64,000 nt of DNA from a phage, in sequence record PZ151149.1; one strand, written 5' to 3'. Made by a program: the position numbers and the translations under genes. Of the stretch, positions 37,963 to 45,922 are shown piece after piece; position 1 is the first letter of the stretch; every line of letters begins with the position of its first letter. Below the pieces are notes generated by a model. That model searched no databases. It saw only the letters and a program-made list of their open reading frames with translations, and had not been told where the DNA came from.

Positions 37963-38493
37963 TTAGTATTTTACGTTACGTCGAACGCCTTTTCGAATCT
38001 GACAAATAGCAGACGGTGAAACATTATATTTTCTTGCAAGTTCTACACCCTTCATATGGGGAGAAGATAAAATCTCTTCCACTTGGTCGTCGGTAAGTTT
38101 TGCGTTTCCGTGGTTCTCTCCCCAATTGTTGTTTAATCCTTCTTCCTTCGCATGAACAAGATTTCGGGTATCTGTCGTCCATTCAAGATTATAAAGGTCA
38201 TAGTTTTGTTTGTTTCCATCCTTATGATTAACTACACGGTAGTTATTTGGATTCGGAATAAACGCAACCGCCATAGCTTTATGCATGTTCACGGTTTTTC
38301 TAAATCCATCCGGCTTATAACATACTGTAAATTTAGAATAACCAGTTTTACCATAAACACTAATATAATTTCCGGTCTCTGTATTTCTAACCCTACCATG
38401 AGAGCTAATCTCAAATTGAGTGTAGGGCAACAGCGCATCAATCACTTTCCATTCTTCGACAGGATGGTCATCACAATATCTTTTAATCATCAT
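37963..38493 (-). CDS. Free-standing HNH homing endonuclease
   Basis: EISSHGRVRN (NUMOD4-like) and NHKDGNKQNYDLYNLEW (HNH) motifs. Confidence 0.7.
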   Translation of the reverse strand: MMIKRYCDDHPVEEWKVIDALLPYTQFEISSHGRVRNTETGNYISVYGKTGYSKFTVCYKPDGFRKTVNMHKAMAVAFIPNPNNYRVVNHKDGNKQNYDLYNLEWTTDTRNLVHAKEEGLNNNWGENHGNAKLTDDQVEEILSSPHMKGVELARKYNVSPSAICQIRKGVRRNVKY

Positions 38494-38502
38494 ATCACCT
38501 CA

Positions 38503-38534
38503 TAAAAATAAAGCCAACCCTTTCGGATTGGCTT
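38503..38534 (-). terminator. Rho-independent terminator
   Basis: Minus-strand hairpin AAGCCAAUCC-GAAA-GGGUUGGCUU + UUAUUUUUAU. Confidence 0.55.
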
Positions 38535-38540
38535 AAAAAA

Positions 38541-38957
38541 TTACATTGCTTCCGTAAAGGTGCGCGAAATAACGTCACGTTGTTGGTCTGGAGTCAGACT
38601 ATTGAATCTTACGGCATATCCGCTAACGCGAATGGTTAGTTGCGGATACTTATCAGGATTAGCAACCGCATCAAGAAGAAGATCGCGACTCATCACATTG
38701 ATATTCGCGTGCTGACCACCTTCGACAACCGGAGCGCCATTATCTACAACAACCGGACGGAAGCTAGTTGTGTGCAGTGCCAGCGAATCGACGTCTTCGG
38801 CGGTGATCACATGTTCTTCTGCGAAAGTTTTACTAACAATTACTTTAGCGCCGATCAGTGCTTTCGGTTCGGATACCAGAATCATAGGCGCGAAGTGTCC
38901 ACCGATAATAGTACCTTTATGCTCACCTTTCATGATTTGAATTGCTTTAAATTCCAT
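38541..38957 (-). CDS. Autonomous glycyl-radical cofactor (GrcA/YfiD-like)
   Basis: C-terminal [29 protein letters not shown] is the glycyl-radical signature. Confidence 0.75.
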   Translation of the reverse strand: MEFKAIQIMKGEHKGTIIGGHFAPMILVSEPKALIGAKVIVSKTFAEEHVITAEDVDSLALHTTSFRPVVVDNGAPVVEGGQHANINVMSRDLLLDAVANPDKYPQLTIRVSGYAVRFNSLTPDQQRDVISRTFTEAM

Positions 38958-39092
38958 AATTCACCTCTTATAGATCAGGACGTTCGTCATTAACTTTTCC
39001 AACCAAAACCCCATAGAGCCTATCAGGTTGGACTTTACGATTCTTTTTAATTGTAGCACGAAATCGACGAGCTACGCTATCTTTATTTTTCA

Positions 39093-39578
39093 TCAGTTGA
39101 TACCTAAGCCAATGAAAATAGGTTGGTCTTCTACATTACCCATCCCAACACTAAGTCGATTTACTTCTAAAAACTGCAATACGCTGTCAGTAAATCCTCG
39201 CATGGTAGTATCTAGGATAAAGATTGTTTTGTCAAGACTACGACCTCGCCAAGTGATCGGATTCAGGAAAGTTCGGATCGAAGTGCAATCTACATTTGAA
39301 ATGTTGATATTTTCACCGCGACCGCGTTCTCGGATCGTTTTGGCATGTTCCCGCGTTGTTGAAACGATAAAAACACTATATCCTTTTCGCGTATAATGGT
39401 CATATAACTTGATTGTAGCGTCTGTATGCCCTGTTTGACGGCCTAAATTGATTGAGACGATGGAATCTAGGTCATCAGCAAAATTACGTCGCTTACGGCG
39501 TTCTATGATGCCATCTACGGCAGATACACACGCAGCATAAATCAAATCTTTACTTTCTAATTTTACATCAATATTCAT
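39093..39578 (-). CDS. hypothetical protein
   Basis: 161-aa ORF. Confidence 0.45.
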   Translation of the reverse strand: MNIDVKLESKDLIYAACVSAVDGIIERRKRRNFADDLDSIVSINLGRQTGHTDATIKLYDHYTRKGYSVFIVSTTREHAKTIRERGRGENINISNVDCTSIRTFLNPITWRGRSLDKTIFILDTTMRGFTDSVLQFLEVNRLSVGMGNVEDQPIFIGLGIN

Positions 39579-39640
39579 GGTAAAGTCTCCAGTGAACGGG
39601 GAGAGATCCTTAGATTGTCTCCCCGTTGATGGTTAATATT

Positions 39641-40030
39641 TTATTTTGGATCTGGGTATTTGCTGTGTGGCAATTGTAGATGAGGACCATCTTTGAAACT
39701 AGACCAATCCCCACCCCATTCAACAGGAACACCCAATTCTCGACCAGCTTGTTTAAATGCATCAGCGATCATGCGGTAATATTTCATGTTCCATGTATCC
39801 TTATCTTTAGGATACGCTACAACGTCAACCGCGAAACCGTGAAGATGACGAGATTTCATAGTCTTAGATTTACCTTCCGCAACATATTTCTTTTGCGTTT
39901 CTAGACTACGCACACCTTCCGTAATACCAAAATCGACCGGAGTCAGTTCTAATGCACGATGAACGACTTTTACCAGGTCTGGATGTACACCAACAAGCCG
40001 ATCTTTGCTTCTTTGAGATAATTTAAACAT
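39641..40030 (-). CDS. Peptidase M15-like cell-wall hydrolase (candidate endolysin)
   Basis: SRHLHGFAVDV ... WGGDW ... DGPHLQL zinc-peptidase motifs. Confidence 0.6.
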   Translation of the reverse strand: MFKLSQRSKDRLVGVHPDLVKVVHRALELTPVDFGITEGVRSLETQKKYVAEGKSKTMKSRHLHGFAVDVVAYPKDKDTWNMKYYRMIADAFKQAGRELGVPVEWGGDWSSFKDGPHLQLPHSKYPDPK

Positions 40031-40058
40031 TATTCACCCCCTTTGTGAGTGATAATAT

Positions 40059-40250
40059 TTAGATTCCTGTGATCCTGCATAGAGTTCTTGTATTAGCACC
40101 AATCAGGATCGCATTAACGGCAACCATTCCCCAATCAACCCACGGATTATTATAAATGCTAAATCCGTTTGCTAGGCCAAATACAAGCATTCCGGTACAC
40201 ATACTCAGAGCAATAATCAACATCACGGTAAAACCAAATGCAAATCTCAT
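40059..40250 (-). CDS. small hydrophobic membrane protein
   Basis: 63 aa, two TM-like segments. Confidence 0.4.
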   Translation of the reverse strand: MRFAFGFTVMLIIALSMCTGMLVFGLANGFSIYNNPWVDWGMVAVNAILIGANTRTLCRITGI

Positions 40251-40251
40251 A

Positions 40252-40467
40252 TTATTTTCCTTTTCTCTGTTTACGTTTATAAAAGTAATACATTACCTCA
40301 TCGCGTCCGGTGATCCAACATGCTAGGGCGGTAAACAGGTTTACAATTCCCAACACACCTACGGATGCGGCGCTGTCAACAGACATAGGAACAGTAAAGG
40401 CCATAACTAACATAGCAACGCCACAAATGACATTAAGCACCATTATAATAAGACCGAAGAAAACCAT
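40252..40467 (-). CDS. small hydrophobic membrane protein
   Basis: ATG at 40467. Confidence 0.4.
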   Translation of the reverse strand: MVFFGLIIMVLNVICGVAMLVMAFTVPMSVDSAASVGVLGIVNLFTALACWITGRDEVMYYFYKRKQRKGK

Positions 40468-40469
40468 TG

Positions 40470-40649
40470 TCAATCCTCCGACACAAGAAAACCAACAATC
40501 ACGCCAGTGATAAGACATGATGCACCGCTAATAAGACAACCCGCGCCAAGTGATTCCCACCATATAAGGGAAGCGACGATAACACAGAGTCCCCAGACTA
40601 CAGCAATCACAACATAGGCAATGGTCGCCCAAAACATATATTTGTTCAT
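40470..40649 (-). CDS. small hydrophobic membrane protein
   Basis: ATG at 40649. Confidence 0.4.
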   Translation of the reverse strand: MNKYMFWATIAYVVIAVVWGLCVIVASLIWWESLGAGCLISGASCLITGVIVGFLVSED

Positions 40650-40834
40650 AATAAATCCCATTCACCAAACAAATAAGAAAAAAGCCATATCAACAGAAAC
40701 GAGGCGATTGATCCAGCAAGCAAAATGATATTAGAGAATCCGCCGTCTATCCAGCCAATCAAACAGAATACGCCAGTATAGAAGCACAACCCCAGCACAA
40801 AGCATACTATAATCAACCATAGATAAAACGCCAT
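40646..40834 (-). CDS. small hydrophobic membrane protein
   Basis: 62 aa, GGAGGG SD. Confidence 0.4.
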   Translation of the reverse strand: MAFYLWLIIVCFVLGLCFYTGVFCLIGWIDGGFSNIILLAGSIASFLLIWLFSYLFGEWDLL

Positions 40835-40895
40835 AGAAAGCCCTCCAGTTAGCTAATTTAGTGCGGGTAGTACATTCCCCTACCCGCTTTGTTAA

Positions 40896-41054
40896 TCAAC
40901 GTAGAGCTTGTTCTAAAGCGATTCCAAACCATCCGCAAACAACACCCATACAGACAGCGACAAGAAGACTCATTCTCTCTTTAGGGATCATTGCAATCAT
41001 AACAACAACCATACAGAAAGCCATTACCATTGCAGTTAACATTTGTTCAATCAT
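40896..41054 (-). CDS. possible small membrane protein (52 aa, below ORF-track cutoff)
   Basis: MIEQMLTAMVMAFCMVVVMIAMIPKERMSLLVAVCMGVVCGWFGIALEQALR read from minus strand. Confidence 0.3.
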   Translation of the reverse strand: MIEQMLTAMVMAFCMVVVMIAMIPKERMSLLVAVCMGVVCGWFGIALEQALR

Positions 41055-41056
41055 TA

Positions 41057-41377
41057 TCACACCTTCAAAGTCATAGACGCATAGACATTAATACCAGGCC
41101 AGTTAGGATCGCAATTATACTCAACATCCCATAGATAAAGCGGTTTAGATGTATCAGCCAGGTTTTTAAAATCTTCTACCCACATTTCAAGGCTATATGA
41201 AGGATAAACTAGGCTATCATACCCTCCGTAACGTTGGCCTACTGGTCGGTCAGTAAAGACTACCTCAAGATCCGGTAATTCTTTTTCTAGGATAACCGCC
41301 AGCGCATAAATCAGGCGGTCTTCCTTGTTACGCTGCCGTAGGACCGTTGTCAGTTGGTTCGTCTGGTTCACTAGCAA
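41057..41377 (-). CDS. hypothetical protein (start uncertain, overlaps upstream ORF)
   Basis: Longest ORF starts at TTG; GTG two codons in with GGAGG SD is plausible. Confidence 0.4.
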   Translation of the reverse strand: MLVNQTNQLTTVLRQRNKEDRLIYALAVILEKELPDLEVVFTDRPVGQRYGGYDSLVYPSYSLEMWVEDFKNLADTSKPLYLWDVEYNCDPNWPGINVYASMTLKV

Positions 41378-41648
41378 CTACCTCCACATTTTCACAGAAT
41401 GAAATTTTCACAGACACAATTTTACCATAAGTGAAGAATGAATATACATTATCGAGATATTCAACGTCACCTACAATCACATCAAACTGCGGATCAGCAA
41501 CTGCCGCAACATATTCTACCAGTTCATCAAGAGAATGCAACTTAATTTCATCAATTCGGCTGTATTTGGTTGCATCTTTGATCTTAAAACCACGTTCTTT
41601 CAGTTTATCGATCAGAATTTCGCGCGGAGTTTCAAACAGTTTACTCAT
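41328..41648 (-). CDS. hypothetical protein
   Basis: 106-aa ORF with ATG start. Confidence 0.45.
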   Translation of the reverse strand: MSKLFETPREILIDKLKERGFKIKDATKYSRIDEIKLHSLDELVEYVAAVADPQFDVIVGDVEYLDNVYSFFTYGKIVSVKISFCENVEVVASEPDEPTDNGPTAA

Positions 41649-41666
41649 AATATAATCCTCACACAG

Positions 41667-41867
41667 TTAATCAGTATAGTCAATAATCTTGCACATTACA
41701 ATTGAAAGAACAAAGACCGCAACCCACATATAGATCCCAGCAATCAATGCTACTTCAATATCACAATATCCAAGAAGTACAACAGGAATAAAAACAAACA
41801 TACAGACCAGCGCAATGAAACTAGCATATACGCTCGAAAATATGATGGCACTATTATTAATTTTCAT
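41667..41867 (-). CDS. small hydrophobic membrane protein
   Basis: 66 aa. Confidence 0.4.
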   Translation of the reverse strand: MKINNSAIIFSSVYASFIALVCMFVFIPVVLLGYCDIEVALIAGIYMWVAVFVLSIVMCKIIDYTD

Positions 41868-41868
41868 A

Positions 41869-42051
41869 TTAACAATCCTCGCGGTTTAAGTCAACTATAA
41901 TTGCATACAGCATAATGAAAACACTAGCAGATCCTAGAATCAATGCACCGTCACATTTTGAAACGCGCTCATCAAAATGTAACATTATCCATCCGAGGAT
42001 GTTAAAGGCGCAGACCGCGCCTATGTTCGCTAACCAATTAATCTTTTTCAT
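41869..42051 (-). CDS. small hydrophobic membrane protein
   Basis: 60 aa. Confidence 0.4.
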   Translation of the reverse strand: MKKINWLANIGAVCAFNILGWIMLHFDERVSKCDGALILGSASVFIMLYAIIVDLNREDC

Positions 42052-42059
42052 AATATACC

Positions 42060-42386
42060 TTAGAAAGAAACAGTTTTCAAGAAATCCAGATTTTCAGTAC
42101 CGAAAACAGAAAAGTAGTGTTTTCCTTTTTCGGTTTTAGAGAAAGCGATTGTCTTCTCTACATGGTGACGGAAGCCAGACAGACGATCACCCAGGTCAAG
42201 GCGGCAAGCGTAAGTAGTGCCGTTTTCGAAAGTAACCTCGATTTGAGTTTTGTCATATTCGCTTTCATAGGCTTTTGCTGCCGCGTCCTGTGCTTTACGC
42301 TCGAAGTCTTCGAAGTGGAATACTTCGTTTGCGTTAGCGAATACAGAAGATTCAGAGAAGATAACTTTAACAGATACTGGTTTCAT
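42060..42386 (-). CDS. hypothetical protein
   Basis: 108 aa; preceded by promoter and conserved leader. Confidence 0.5.
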   Translation of the reverse strand: MKPVSVKVIFSESSVFANANEVFHFEDFERKAQDAAAKAYESEYDKTQIEVTFENGTTYACRLDLGDRLSGFRHHVEKTIAFSKTEKGKHYFSVFGTENLDFLKTVSF

Positions 42387-42428
42387 TTTGATACTCCTTA
42401 GTAGTTCGTGTTTCGTTTCGATGGGTGT

Positions 42429-42457
42429 ATTATGATATACACCCTATCGTGTGTCAA
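42429..42457 (-). promoter_or_regulatory. Early promoter TTGACA-17-CATAAT
   Basis: Minus-strand hexamers upstream of 42060..42386. Confidence 0.45.
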
Positions 42458-42465
42458 CAACTTTT

Positions 42466-42654
42466 TTAGTCTTTTTTCATAATTTCTAGGGCAGTTTCTA
42501 CCGCACCTTTCCAACCTTCCCACATAATGGACATAGTGATGAAGGTAAAGCACCCGCAGGAATCAGCCTTTTTAGAAATAAACCATTCTACAAACTCTTC
42601 GCTCATACCATGCTCTTTAGCGGATTCGCGTAATTGTTCAATTTTGTCTTCCAT
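42466..42654 (-). CDS. hypothetical small protein
   Basis: 62 aa. Confidence 0.4.
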   Translation of the reverse strand: MEDKIEQLRESAKEHGMSEEFVEWFISKKADSCGCFTFITMSIMWEGWKGAVETALEIMKKD

Positions 42655-42663
42655 AGTATCACC

Positions 42664-42852
42664 TCAACACTTAACGTTATTCAATCGATTTTGAAAGTAC
42701 ATATAACAAGCATAGTTCTGTTTTGGTTGTACCGTATCAGATAGACACGCTTTTACAGCCTCGCGGTCCGATGGATCTACACCCTCAGCTTTAAGTAATG
42801 CTAAAATCTGGTTATAGCGTACTCTTAGTTGTACTAATGGTTTCTCCCCCAT
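42664..42852 (-). CDS. hypothetical small protein
   Basis: 62 aa. Confidence 0.4.
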   Translation of the reverse strand: MGEKPLVQLRVRYNQILALLKAEGVDPSDREAVKACLSDTVQPKQNYACYMYFQNRLNNVKC

Positions 42853-42863
42853 AATATACCCTC

Positions 42864-43091
42864 TTACAGTTGATCAGCAATGTATGCGGTGCATTTGCGG
42901 AGTTTAGCCATAGCACCACCTTTCATGTCGCTTGCGCCTACAATGTTCATGATCTCTAAGCGATCAGCCGGATTCAGTCTAGTAGCCCAGATCTGGTTAG
43001 CCAGTTCCATTTTACCCATCTGCGGTTCCATCTCAAACAGTTCACGCTCAAAGTCGATAATTTCTTTTGCTGCGTCTTTAAAGTTAATCAT
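42864..43091 (-). CDS. hypothetical small protein
   Basis: 75 aa. Confidence 0.45.
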   Translation of the reverse strand: MINFKDAAKEIIDFERELFEMEPQMGKMELANQIWATRLNPADRLEIMNIVGASDMKGGAMAKLRKCTAYIADQL

Positions 43092-43120
43092 TTTGATTCT
43101 CCCGTTTCGTTGATGGTTGT

Positions 43121-43149
43121 ATTGTAGGGGAGTTATCCTCCCCTGTCAA
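43121..43149 (-). promoter_or_regulatory. Early promoter TTGACA-17-TACAAT with hairpin-forming spacer
   Basis: Spacer GGGGAGGATAACTCCCC. Confidence 0.45.
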
Positions 43150-43157
43150 CACTTTTA

Positions 43158-43343
43158 TCAGAAATATGCAATATAGTTTGCCAGTCCTACAGAGTCATCA
43201 TTCGGCATTGCTTTTACTGCCAGTTCAAACCCTGCTTCAACTTTCTGTTTAGCGGATTCTTCGTTATAACCCCAAATTACCAGAATAGCTACTACGTTTT
43301 CTTTGCTTACTGCTTTCAGTGCTTTAGTGATGCGACGTGCCAT
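43158..43343 (-). CDS. hypothetical small protein
   Basis: 61 aa. Confidence 0.4.
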   Translation of the reverse strand: MARRITKALKAVSKENVVAILVIWGYNEESAKQKVEAGFELAVKAMPNDDSVGLANYIAYF

Positions 43344-43389
43344 AATTTGATTCTCCGTTTAAGAAAGTGTGTTTCGTTTCGATGGGTGT

Positions 43390-43418
43390 ATTATGCTATA
43401 GGCGGGGTCTGGTGTCAA
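43390..43418 (-). promoter_or_regulatory. Early promoter TTGACA-17-CATAAT
   Basis: Minus strand; followed by conserved leader. Confidence 0.45.
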
Positions 43419-43444
43419 CAACTTTTTTCAAAAAAATTTAGGCA

Positions 43445-43471
43445 ATAAAAAAGCCACTCCGAAGAGTGGCT
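43445..43471 (-). terminator. Rho-independent terminator
   Basis: Minus-strand hairpin AGCCACUC-UUCG-GAGUGGCU + UUUUUUAUU. Confidence 0.55.
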
Positions 43472-43621
43472 TATAGGGGAAGGTAGCGAATCTTCCTTGT
43501 CTCCAACCTGCTAGCGGCCTAGCAAGTGAATGCTTTAGCGTACCGGATCACCCCATACGCTGCAATAAATGCGGCTAGGTGACGTCCAAATCATTCTAAC
43601 CGCGCTGTCTTTAGTTCACTA

Positions 43622-43840
43622 TTATTTATATCGCTTTCTCTCGCGACGTTTTTGATCTTCTTCCTTGATAGAGTTAAATGCATCAAAAAGACACATGACA
43701 CTGATCAGGAACATAACCGTATTTTCTACGATATCCCACGGCTTCGCATCAGTACAGATCCCCCAAACGGTAAGAAATGCAAATAGTGCAGAAGAGATCA
43801 CAAGCATGATACTTGCTAAGATATAAAAAGTCATCTTCAT
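43622..43840 (-). CDS. small membrane protein
   Basis: 72 aa, two hydrophobic segments, basic C-terminus. Confidence 0.45.
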   Translation of the reverse strand: MKMTFYILASIMLVISSALFAFLTVWGICTDAKPWDIVENTVMFLISVMCLFDAFNSIKEEDQKRRERKRYK

Positions 43841-44019
43841 GGTTTTACCTCAATTCTTCGATATTCATCACACATCCACGCAGTAAGCAAGAATCCCAAC
43901 ACATAAGCAACAAAATACGTTAATGCTTCTTCTGGTTCCGTGCTATGTGTCATCAGTAAACCAGCGAGAACAGTCTTAATAATTACATTTAAAATAATTA
44001 GCCACGCAAATAGTTTCAT
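43837..44019 (-). CDS. small membrane protein
   Basis: 60 aa. Confidence 0.4.
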   Translation of the reverse strand: MKLFAWLIILNVIIKTVLAGLLMTHSTEPEEALTYFVAYVLGFLLTAWMCDEYRRIEVKP

Positions 44020-44240
44020 CGTTTGCCCAATTTCGGCCGAGTCTTTTCAAACTTATACATTCCGTAACAATCTCGAATCATCCACGTAACAAGAGCACCA
44101 GTCAACACCGACAACACACAGAAGAAGTAAAACGGTCCGGTTGCATTATCAACATGAGCAAGCCATGTAAAGAAAACACATGCTAAGAATGTAAAGAACA
44201 TCATAAAGCACAAGAAAGCGAAATATTTTATACTACTCAT
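44016..44240 (-). CDS. small membrane protein
   Basis: ATG at 44240 with GGTGG SD. Confidence 0.4.
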   Translation of the reverse strand: MSSIKYFAFLCFMMFFTFLACVFFTWLAHVDNATGPFYFFCVLSVLTGALVTWMIRDCYGMYKFEKTRPKLGKR

Positions 44241-44343
44241 AGAGCCACCATACAACAGATCATAAGAAAACCCAACGCAATAAGAATTGCATCAAATTTA
44301 GTGAACTCAGGTCCACCTATCAACATCATTCGTTCCTGTTCAG

Positions 44344-44541
44344 TCATAGATCACAGATCCATCTAACAACACCACATACAGCGATCAGGAGTGTAGGACC
44401 ACTTGAGAAGAAAACCAATGTACAAAAATCATCTAGTGTAATACCGGAATAACTACCGACTGCAATCACACCGATGATCAGACACAGAAAGAAAACAAAT
44501 GCAATCAGAAACAAAGTATTACTAAACAGTTTAGTGATCAT
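44344..44541 (-). CDS. small membrane protein
   Basis: ATG at 44541. Confidence 0.35.
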   Translation of the reverse strand: MITKLFSNTLFLIAFVFFLCLIIGVIAVGSYSGITLDDFCTLVFFSSGPTLLIAVCGVVRWICDL

Positions 44542-44734
44542 TAGACACCCCACGACGGTCAATTTCAAAAACTTTCTTATCACCAACGAAGCATGTCACA
44601 ACTGCCTCGTTGACTTCCGCAAATTGTTGTGTTACCCACTTAAGGTCAGATCGAAACAATGTTTTGTTAATAACAAATGTTTTACCGATCTTATCCTTAC
44701 CCATAAATTTTGCGTTAACCATATCCAATTCCAT
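44531..44734 (-). CDS. hypothetical small protein
   Basis: 67 aa. Confidence 0.4.
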   Translation of the reverse strand: MELDMVNAKFMGKDKIGKTFVINKTLFRSDLKWVTQQFAEVNEAVVTCFVGDKKVFEIDRRGVSNDH

Positions 44735-44743
44735 ATTATAGCC

Positions 44744-44902
44744 TTATTTGCTAATCGCTAAACCTAATCCGAAGAGAGCACCCGACGCTACAGTATACCC
44801 GAAAGTTTCAAATGCAGTAAAGATATCTAAGCCACCAGCTAACAGAGTTGCAGTAAACAGAGTACCAGCTACGAACATAAAAGTTTTACCGATAAATTTC
44901 AT
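44744..44902 (-). CDS. possible small membrane protein (52 aa, below ORF-track cutoff)
   Basis: MKFIGKTFMFVAGTLFTATLLAGGLDIFTAFETFGYTVASGALFGLGLAISK; preceded by AGGAGAATCAAG leader and promoter. Confidence 0.35.
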   Translation of the reverse strand: MKFIGKTFMFVAGTLFTATLLAGGLDIFTAFETFGYTVASGALFGLGLAISK

Positions 44903-44933
44903 CTTGATTCTCCTTTCGTTTGTTTGTGGGGGT

Positions 44934-44962
44934 ATCTTACTACCCCCGTTTCATGTTGTCAA
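44934..44962 (-). promoter_or_regulatory. Early promoter with stem-loop (TTGACA-17-TAAGAT)
   Basis: GGGGGUAGUAAGAUACCCCC hairpin spans -10. Confidence 0.45.
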
Positions 44963-44968
44963 CTGTTT

Positions 44969-45346
44969 TTAAGAAAATTTTACTTCGTCTACAATGTCTT
45001 TCATGACATTGATTTCCATTCCGGTCAGAACACGTTGGAACATGTGCTGCACATACGCTTTCAGGTATTCATTTGATGGCTTACTATCGAAAGTCTTTTT
45101 AGTGTAGTAGTCATCACCGAAAGCTACTGTAATTACATTTTCGTCGTCGTTCCAAGCGATATAAGCAAATTTGCCGTTATCCCAGAAGCGAGCACTAATT
45201 GCTACTTTTGTTGAATCGAATCCTACTTCGCTGTGAGATTCAAGAACTACTTGCGTACCAGTTTCTTTATGAATGTAGTAGCGGGATACTAAGTCAAAGT
45301 TACGGGTGTAGTGACATTCGAATTTATCTTTAAACATCATCATCAT
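44969..45346 (-). CDS. hypothetical protein
   Basis: Starts MMMMFKDKFE at ATG 45346 with AGGAG SD. Confidence 0.5.
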   Translation of the reverse strand: MMMMFKDKFECHYTRNFDLVSRYYIHKETGTQVVLESHSEVGFDSTKVAISARFWDNGKFAYIAWNDDENVITVAFGDDYYTKKTFDSKPSNEYLKAYVQHMFQRVLTGMEINVMKDIVDEVKFS

Positions 45347-45383
45347 TTTGATTCTCCTAAGTGTGTTTCGTTTCGATATGTGC

Positions 45384-45412
45384 ATTATGCTATAGTCGTT
45401 TATGGTTGTCAA
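45384..45412 (-). promoter_or_regulatory. Early promoter TTGACA-17-CATAAT
   Basis: Minus strand upstream of 44969..45346. Confidence 0.45.
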
Positions 45413-45417
45413 CAACT

Positions 45418-45448
45418 AAAAACAAAAAACCCCGAAAAATTTTCGGGG
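45418..45448 (-). terminator. Rho-independent terminator after 57B
   Basis: Minus-strand hairpin CCCCGAAAAUUUUUCGGGG + UUUUUUGUUUUU. Confidence 0.6.
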
Positions 45449-45455
45449 TATAAAA

Positions 45456-45920
45456 TTACAGTTTGGTCGTCCACTCCAGGTCTAGATCTTCGACATACTC
45501 ATGAGATCGGACAATCTCTAAATCGAACTCTAGGTCAGTGCCAAATTTACGCGCACCAACATCATAAGAAAGCGTGATATGCGGTACATATTCAGGATAA
45601 TCCCACGTCGCACCTAAAGCAGTGCCGATATCGTGTCTGAATTGCATGTAGTCGCTTTCAAATGCCAACACAAGTGCATTAGTACCGGATTGAGTTTCAA
45701 ACACTTTCAAATGGCATAGAGAGCCTAAGAACTTCTCCCCTTCTTCTGGGATAAACGGAACATAAACACGAGAATATAAGATAGTGCTATGCAGTTTATC
45801 ACGAGTAACGGCATTAGGCAGATCGTAGAACTCCTGCAATTTTTCAATGCGGTCTAGTGTATCCTCAGTGAATTTAACCGCCGCATATGTACCTTTAACG
45901 GATTCTCGAAACGGGGTCAT
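45456..45920 (-). CDS. 57B: 2H-phosphoesterase family protein, gene 57B position (Acb1-like anti-CBASS nuclease candidate)
   Basis: Two H-x-T/S motifs (HSTILYS and HITLSY) ~80 aa apart; 154 aa; lies next to 57A and gene 1 as T4 57B does. Confidence 0.55.
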   Translation of the reverse strand: MTPFRESVKGTYAAVKFTEDTLDRIEKLQEFYDLPNAVTRDKLHSTILYSRVYVPFIPEEGEKFLGSLCHLKVFETQSGTNALVLAFESDYMQFRHDIGTALGATWDYPEYVPHITLSYDVGARKFGTDLEFDLEIVRSHEYVEDLDLEWTTKL

Positions 45921-45922
45921 AA

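Noticed and set aside
40861-41076. Plus-strand 71-aa ORF 40861..41076
   Set aside because: No RBS and antisense to a plausible minus-strand small membrane ORF; the region also contains a minus-strand hairpin.
41328-41377. 50-nt overlap of ORFs 41328..41648 and 41057..41377 as a frameshift site
   Set aside because: A GTG two codons into the downstream frame has a well-spaced GGAGG RBS, consistent with an ordinary overlapping start; no slippery heptamer seen.
43472-43621. tRNA gene in the ORF-free stretches (also 32187..32418)
   Set aside because: No cloverleaf-compatible arms and no GTTCGA/T-loop or anticodon-stem pattern recognisable by eye on either strand; left as a candidate sRNA only.
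44748-44972. Plus-strand 74-aa ORF 44748..44972
   Set aside because: It lies antisense to a better-supported minus-strand small membrane ORF (44744..44902) with promoter and RBS; the plus ORF lacks both.
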